A stretch of DNA of 64,000 bases from Thermoleophilia bacterium (GTDB taxonomy: Bacteria > Actinomycetota > Thermoleophilia > BMS3ABIN01): positions 197-64,196 of the forward strand of contig JAGVMV010000046.1 of the NCBI GenBank assembly GCA_020053595.1, written 5' to 3'. Positions 58,996-64,000 of the stretch are shown in pieces. The position numbers and the translations under genes were made by a program. The stretch's first letter is position 1, and each line of letters begins with the position of its first letter. A model generated the notes under the pieces. The model had not been told where the DNA came from, did not search any database, and worked only from the letters and a program-made list of their open reading frames with translations.

Positions 58996-59553
58996 TTAGC
59001 GTAGCGACGCAGCCGGCTCTAAAAGGAAGGAGATAGCATCTACAAAATGCGGGATGTCTTCTTCGGCGCGCGCGGTCACCAGGTTATGGTCTACCACCAC
59101 TCCCTGGCTTAGAAATAAGGCGCCGGCTTCATCAAGCACATCCTTGATGTCAATTTCTCCGGTCACCCTCATGCCCGAAAGAAGCCCTCCCGCAGCCAAA
59201 ACAGCAACCGCATTGCTTACGGTACCGATGGGTTTTTTTAAGGAATTCATTTCTATCAGAAGAGTAAGTACACTTTCATCTGAAGTGAGTCTGGCAATAG
59301 GGTCGCTGCCCGTAATAATAATCGCATCCAGCGATACGGCGGCAACTGTCTTAAGTACTACGTCAGGTTTTAACAGGGACCCCTGGCGGCCGGCGACAGC
59401 TACAGCCTCTGTTTCACCAACGCCTATAACGACCACCCTGGCGTCTCGTTGCCGCAGTATCTGGGCTGCCTTTACCACCTGTGAGTCCTCAAAACCCGGA
59501 CCCGCGATCATTCCGATTGTTCTTCCCCTGAGATTCATATCACTCTCACTCAC
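58996..59553 (-). CDS. DJ-1/PfpI family protein (catalytic Cys absent)
   Basis: GFEDS, DAII, VVVDHNLVTAR fold motifs. Confidence 0.8.
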   Translation of the reverse strand: MSESDMNLRGRTIGMIAGPGFEDSQVVKAAQILRQRDARVVVIGVGETEAVAVAGRQGSLLKPDVVLKTVAAVSLDAIIITGSDPIARLTSDESVLTLLIEMNSLKKPIGTVSNAVAVLAAGGLLSGMRVTGEIDIKDVLDEAGALFLSQGVVVDHNLVTARAEEDIPHFVDAISFLLEPAASLR

Positions 59554-59574
59554 GACTACCCCTCCATCTGGTAT

Positions 59575-59600
59575 TTACCCGGTTCCTGGAGTGGTAAAAC
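59575..59600 (-). promoter_or_regulatory. Putative SigB/SigF promoter GTTTTA-N14-GGGTAA for the PfpI gene
   Basis: Near-consensus match just upstream of the GGAGG RBS. Confidence 0.65.
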
Positions 59601-59624
59601 GCCTGCCGCCTTACAGCTGTTCTA

Positions 59625-59909
59625 CTATTCTTGTTCTCTGCGTGTGAACGTTATCCTCGATTTTCCTGCCTCAGGGGTTGTGTTCTCAAGCCTTTTTTTC
59701 ATTGCCAGCAGCCATTTAGCCATTTCAGGCTGAAGGTCTTCGAAAACTTTGTAGTGCTGCAGGCCGCAGCCTTGTTTGTTGCTCAACTTCATATCCTGCG
59801 CTTCGAGAAGCCGCCAGTAGATGCAGCGTTCCCTGGTGCACCAGGCTTCGAGACCCTGTGCTTTATGTAACTGGCATGGCTCCCGCATCTTTTCATTTGA
59901 CTCTGCCAT
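59625..59909 (-). CDS. Small Cys-containing hypothetical protein
   Basis: 94-aa ORF with AAAGG RBS; C...CxxxxC..W...C pattern. Confidence 0.6.
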   Translation of the reverse strand: MAESNEKMREPCQLHKAQGLEAWCTRERCIYWRLLEAQDMKLSNKQGCGLQHYKVFEDLQPEMAKWLLAMKKRLENTTPEAGKSRITFTRREQE

Positions 59910-60041
59910 GATTACCTTTCATTGCTGGAAAAGCGTTGAATCTAGTTAGATTATAACAGCCATGGGGTATGAGATAACCAGAATAAGTTTATTTCGGCGT
60001 TATGCCTTTCCTGTATAATTGGTATCCGCGCTCAATTAATT

Positions 60042-60431
60042 ATGCCTGATATGATAAATGACACCGTCTGCATAACAGTCCCTCCGCATCAACGGATGTT
60101 GAAAGTGGTGCGCCTGGCGACGACGGCGGCAGCCAGTCAATCCGGCCTGAATCTTGATCAGGCGGATGATGTAAATACCGCCCTGGACGAGTTATTCCGT
60201 TTGTCTTTGTCTGAATCTGGCAGCAAGCGGACTTTTTGCCTCCACTACAATATTTGTGCCGATCGTCTGGAAGTTCTGGTGGAGGATATCCATGCCAGCA
60301 TTGGTGATAAAACCAGTAAAGTCGGCCGATACCGCCGCTTTATCATCGATAAGGTCGTCGACCGCTTCGAAGAACGCTCCAACACAAAGGGCGGCTTTGA
60401 CATCCTGCTGGTGAAGTTTATGAGCGACTAA
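60042..60431 (+). CDS. Degenerate RsbW-like anti-sigma factor homologue
   Basis: VVRL...GL.LD..DD...ALDE N-terminal pattern; ATP-binding boxes degenerate. Confidence 0.7.
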   Translation: MPDMINDTVCITVPPHQRMLKVVRLATTAAASQSGLNLDQADDVNTALDELFRLSLSESGSKRTFCLHYNICADRLEVLVEDIHASIGDKTSKVGRYRRFIIDKVVDRFEERSNTKGGFDILLVKFMSD

Positions 60432-60442
60432 CCCGACAATTC

Positions 60443-61219
60443 TTGGCAAAAAGAACCCACACCACACTGAGCAGGGATGAGATCAATTCCCTGTTTCTCA
60501 ATTACAGGGACAACCGGGACTCCGAGATCAAGAACGTCCTGGTTGGCGCCTATATGGATCTGGTCCACTCACTGGCCCGACGCTTCGCAAACCGCGGAGA
60601 ACCCCTGGATGATTTGGTACAGGTAGCCTCCATGGGGCTCTTGAAGGCAATCGACAGGTTTGATCCCGAACGAAACGTGCAATTTACTACATATGCCGTT
60701 CCTACCATAATCGGCGAGCTGAGAAGGTATTTCCGGGACCGCTCATCGGCGATCAGAGTACCGAGAGGGCTGCGAGAGCGAAGCCATATGCTTAACACAG
60801 CTATTCAGAAGTTTTCACAGGAGAATGGACGATCTCCGAATGTAAGTGAGATTGCGTCGGTATTGGGTATAAGGGAGGAAGACGTCATCGAATGTCTGGA
60901 AAGTAACGAGGCTACAATGATAGCGTCTCTCGACACGACGAGCGAAGGCGGAGACCTGTCGCTGCTGGATATGATGGGCGGCGAGGACAAGACCCTCAAG
61001 TTGCTGGACGAGCGGCTTAGCCTGGCAGGAGCAATGTCGAATCTGGACTCACGGGAGCAAAACTTGCTTTACCTGCGTTTCATTGAAGGACTCAGCCAGA
61101 CAGAAATAGCTGACCGGTTGAATATCTCTCAAATGCATGTATCAAGGCTGCTGCGGCGATCGCTGCAATCTTTGCGCCAAAACCTGACCACTTCTTCCAG
61201 GGAGCCATACACATCTTGA
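60443..61219 (+). CDS. SigB/SigF/SigG-family RNA polymerase sigma factor
   Basis: DDLVQVA, AIDRFDP, YAVPTIIGELRRYFRD, SQMHVSRL. Confidence 0.95.
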   Translation: MAKRTHTTLSRDEINSLFLNYRDNRDSEIKNVLVGAYMDLVHSLARRFANRGEPLDDLVQVASMGLLKAIDRFDPERNVQFTTYAVPTIIGELRRYFRDRSSAIRVPRGLRERSHMLNTAIQKFSQENGRSPNVSEIASVLGIREEDVIECLESNEATMIASLDTTSEGGDLSLLDMMGGEDKTLKLLDERLSLAGAMSNLDSREQNLLYLRFIEGLSQTEIADRLNISQMHVSRLLRRSLQSLRQNLTTSSREPYTS

Positions 61220-61650
61220 ATGCTTCAGCGATTACAGGAGAAAGATTGTTACATCTGATTGTGCCGGCGAAAGCTGAGTACCTGTCGCTGGTGCGGCTGG
61301 TCGTGGCATCAGTGGCCGGTGAAGTAGGCTTTACCGATGACAACGTAGCCGACATCAAGGTTGCGCTCTCCGAAGCTTCAACCAATGTCGTGAGACATGC
61401 ATATCCGGAAGATTGCGATCGCGAAAAAAAGACCGTCGAAATAAACTGCTATGAGGAACCTGGCCAGTTACGGATTGAAGTAATGGACCGTGGCCGGGGC
61501 ATACCACTTCCGCCACCGGCCACTGAGGGCCTCGGCCTGGGAATCATGGGTAGTCTGATGGATCAGGTGGACGTGGAAACAGGATCCACCGGCACCTCTG
61601 TTGTCCTGGTCAAGCGCCCTTCGACCGACCGTCACTCTTTCCACGCCTAA
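61216..61650 (+). CDS. RsbW-like anti-sigma factor/Ser kinase
   Basis: ALSEASTNVVRHAY, DRGRG, GLGLGIM. Confidence 0.9.
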   Translation: MNASAITGERLLHLIVPAKAEYLSLVRLVVASVAGEVGFTDDNVADIKVALSEASTNVVRHAYPEDCDREKKTVEINCYEEPGQLRIEVMDRGRGIPLPPPATEGLGLGIMGSLMDQVDVETGSTGTSVVLVKRPSTDRHSFHA

Positions 61651-61673
61651 TTTAAATATCTGCAGGTCTTGAA

Positions 61674-61759
61674 TGGTGCCCGAGGTGGGAATCGAACCCA
61701 CACACCCAAAGGGCGAGGGATTTTAAGTCCCTTGTGTCTACCAGTTCCACCACTCGGGC
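61674..61759 (-). tRNA. tRNA-Leu(TAA)
   Basis: GCCCGAG acceptor stem, CT-TAA-AA anticodon loop, long variable arm, GGTTCGATTCC, encoded CCA. Confidence 0.96.
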
Positions 61760-61806
61760 AATGAATCGCCAGCAAAGGTGATTATAGGTCCGGCGGCCAC
61801 TAATCG

Positions 61807-62727
61807 CTATATTGTTCCCGACTCCGCTGCCAGCGCCGCACCATCGAGAATATCACGCTCGCTGATCTGCAGTTCTTTGACGCCGGAATAACTTGCCAGC
61901 CTCTCCAAAATCAGTGCTCCGGCAACGATAACATCCGCTCTGCCTTTTTCCATCGTGGGAATTTCCAGTTTCTCCGCCAAGGTCATCGCCGCCAACCTGT
62001 GGAGGAGCTCGCCAATTCTGCCGGTAGACAAAACGTGCCCGTGAACACGGTCCCGATCGTAGATCGTGAGACCCAGGTCAATCGCGGCCAGCGAAGTTGC
62101 GGTACCGGCCACGGCAATTGTTTTACCCGACTTATTCCATGATCCAGGATCGAGCTCGCGCTTCAGGACCGATTCGATGAAACCGGCTGAATCTTCCAGC
62201 TCCTTGCTGTCAACAGGGTCACTATGTATAAAACGCTCAGTCAAGCGCACACAGCCTATATCCAGGCTTCGTATGAAATCAGCCTCTGCGTTTATCCCCG
62301 AAACGATTTCCGTGCTGCCGCCGCCGACGTCAAAAAGCATCACCCGATCATCATGGCCTATCCCAATGGTAGCACCGGCATAGGCCAGGCATGCTTCTTC
62401 CTCGCCCGAAAGCAGTTTCCAGTCAAAACCGCGGGATATTGCAAGTTTCCTCAGGAACTCTTCCCCGTCGATTGCTGCTCTAACCGAACTGGTGGCAAGT
62501 ATTATTACCCGATCGACTCCCAATTTTTCTATCTGCCCGGCATAATTATTAATGCATTCGTCCACCCGTTCACGGGCAGCCGGCAGCAGGTGACCGCCTG
62601 AATCCATCTTTTCACCAAGTCTGGTTACGGTTGTCAAACGTTTCAGCTCAGAAACCTGGCCATCTTTTACTTCCGCGACAAGCAGGCGCGTTGAGTTTGT
62701 TCCGGTATCAATTACAGCTAACCTCAT
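61807..62727 (-). CDS. ppx: Ppx/GppA exopolyphosphatase
   Basis: IDTGTNSTRL, ATS, SGEEEA, DVGGGSTE, GRADVI. Confidence 0.93.
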   Translation of the reverse strand: MRLAVIDTGTNSTRLLVAEVKDGQVSELKRLTTVTRLGEKMDSGGHLLPAARERVDECINNYAGQIEKLGVDRVIILATSSVRAAIDGEEFLRKLAISRGFDWKLLSGEEEACLAYAGATIGIGHDDRVMLFDVGGGSTEIVSGINAEADFIRSLDIGCVRLTERFIHSDPVDSKELEDSAGFIESVLKRELDPGSWNKSGKTIAVAGTATSLAAIDLGLTIYDRDRVHGHVLSTGRIGELLHRLAAMTLAEKLEIPTMEKGRADVIVAGALILERLASYSGVKELQISERDILDGAALAAESGTI

Positions 62728-63290
62728 CTCGGTGGCCCTGGTTCAGTCATCATGCTCTCCATTTTGATTTCAGCCATCCAGCTGGAGCATCTTTTATCCG
62801 GGCACCATAGGTTCCCGATTTTCTCAGCTATGGCCCGTCCCAGGAGGTAGTCCTGGTGAACAAGATAAAACGCCATCTGGGCATGCAGACATTTTAATAA
62901 ACGCGGTTGCCCGGACCCCGCGATGTAATTTTGAACCTTGTCGTCTCCCTCCCCGCAGGACCGAACCGCTGCCCGATACTCCTCAGCATGCTGCTTCTGC
63001 GCCCGTTTAGTGTCGGAATCCAGTTGCTGATCTGAAATCAGCAGGCGTTGGAGTTTATCGATATATCCCGAATCCTCAAGACGGGCCAGCTCGCGACGTA
63101 ACCAGGGGCAGGTGAGGTAATAGAGGTTTGGATTAGGTTCACCATAAGATGTGACAGGAAGATTTCTTACTACCGCAGGCCAGCCATATGCGCATTTCGC
63201 TGCAATCTGGAATTTGATGGCCGGCTGTCTTTTAAGCTGTCGTGCCACCAGCGCTTCCTGCTCAGCTATGGAAAAATCCTCGAGAGGCAA
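62724..63290 (-). CDS. DUF501 family protein
   Basis: RQL.R, C..G.P, P.LYYLTCP, KCLHA; lies between ftsB and ppx. Confidence 0.88.
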   Translation of the reverse strand: MPLEDFSIAEQEALVARQLKRQPAIKFQIAAKCAYGWPAVVRNLPVTSYGEPNPNLYYLTCPWLRRELARLEDSGYIDKLQRLLISDQQLDSDTKRAQKQHAEEYRAAVRSCGEGDDKVQNYIAGSGQPRLLKCLHAQMAFYLVHQDYLLGRAIAEKIGNLWCPDKRCSSWMAEIKMESMMTEPGPPR

Positions 63291-63293
63291 TGT

Positions 63294-63704
63294 TCAGGGA
63301 AGCACTGATCCGATTGCTTCCATTACCCGTTCAACCAGGGAAGCGTCTTCGGCCGGGGCCACAGTCGTATTGCTCTCGCCCTCGTAGGTATTCAAATCCT
63401 TTACCACAAAAGGCTGCTCGCCGGGTTTAACCATTCCAAGATCCTTGCGGGCGACCTGCTCGACGTAATTATTGTTCTGCAGGCTGTCCTTTTCCTTCTG
63501 GAGCATATCCCGCTGGCTCCTGAGCTCATCAGTCACCGCCTGCTCACGTTGTATAGTACTGCTTTTCTCGAGGTATGTTCGTACCGGGGAAATATAACTT
63601 CCCAATATTAAAATAATTACACCGAGTACCATGAGCCGCCACCACCCGCGTCTCCGGGAAAGAAAGCCGACCATGCGTGGTGCCGCTGTTGCTCTCCTGT
63701 ACAA
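63294..63704 (-). CDS. ftsB: Septum formation initiator FtsB/DivIC
   Basis: TM, coiled coil, YVEQVARKDLGMVKPGE. Confidence 0.88.
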   Translation of the reverse strand: MYRRATAAPRMVGFLSRRRGWWRLMVLGVIILILGSYISPVRTYLEKSSTIQREQAVTDELRSQRDMLQKEKDSLQNNNYVEQVARKDLGMVKPGEQPFVVKDLNTYEGESNTTVAPAEDASLVERVMEAIGSVLP

Positions 63705-63814
63705 ATGTTTCTCCTGTCAGCCATTACCAATCAAGCTAAAATTTCGCCGCCAAGGCCTGCTTACCCTGCAAATATGTGTACCTTTTCGATAATATTTTCC
63801 CTGGCTGGCTGCAT

Positions 63815-64000
63815 TTACTCCATTTTATGAACCTTGATAAGATTGGTTGTGCCGGGCACATTGACCATGACGCCAGCGGTGATGACAATCTCGTCACTAG
63901 TTTCAGCCAGACCTGCCTCCTTCGCTGAAAGCATGGCCTGCGCGAACATATCATCCGTATCACGAGCGGGCGGCACAAGATATGGCTGAACGCCCCAGAC
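63815..64000 (-). CDS. pyk: Pyruvate kinase, C-terminal end (partial)
   Basis: Manual translation VWGVQP...IVITAG...PGTTNLIKVH matches the PK C-terminal domain. Confidence 0.88.
   Translation of the reverse strand, partial: VWGVQPYLVPPARDTDDMFAQAMLSAKEAGLAETSDEIVITAGVMVNVPGTTNLIKVHKME

Noticed and set aside
61674..61700. tRNA-Leu 3' end as an island attachment site
   Set aside because: No integrase and no duplicated tRNA end was seen in the window.
513..63430. Numerous long antisense or alternate-frame ORFs (e.g. 513-1238, 3896-4723, 16892-17653, 31619-32398, 40804-41529)
   Set aside because: Shadows of well-supported genes in GC-rich DNA, with no motifs.
63736..63978. 80-aa minus-strand ORF from the track
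   Set aside because: It is an alternate frame of the pyruvate kinase C-terminus.
1..64000. CRISPR array, prophage, rRNA or defence system
   Set aside because: No regularly spaced repeats or hallmark genes were seen.

Overview
Chromosomal window, most likely from a monoderm Actinomycetota (Thermoleophilia-like, probably anaerobic). This is inferred from the ftsB-DUF501-ppx-tRNA-Leu(TAA) block, the sortase and LPXTG protein, and the absence of outer-membrane export genes. From left to right it holds: a core (folate-independent type) methionine synthase and a cysteine desulfurase; a type-2 ileS with a GXHH motif; usp; a NifV-like synthase/aconitase-like LeuCD/isocitrate-dehydrogenase-like operon; gatCAB; and a Wsp-like chemosensory operon (CheW, c-type-heme MCP, CheA-REC, CheB, REC-GAF-GGDEF cyclase, CheR-TPR). 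Next is a ~32 kb Wzx/Wzy surface-glycan locus with Wzc/CpsB, WbpABDE-type diamino-uronate genes, CapD/PglF, seven glycosyltransferases, four SAM methyltransferases, a B12 radical SAM enzyme and three O-antigen-ligase/Wzy-like proteins. An atypical sortase and a small LPSTG protein bracket it, and an internally deleted IS1595 element interrupts it. The right end has a Met-rich two-component module, a SigB/F-type sigma factor with two anti-sigma homologues, tRNA-Leu(TAA), ppx, DUF501, ftsB and the 3' end of pyk. The best candidates for undescribed biology are a sortase/LPXTG-carrier/ligase glycan-anchoring system and a heme-sensing chemosensory-c-di-GMP circuit whose CheR has an Arg-rich insert. 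All calls come from motif reading; no searches were run.
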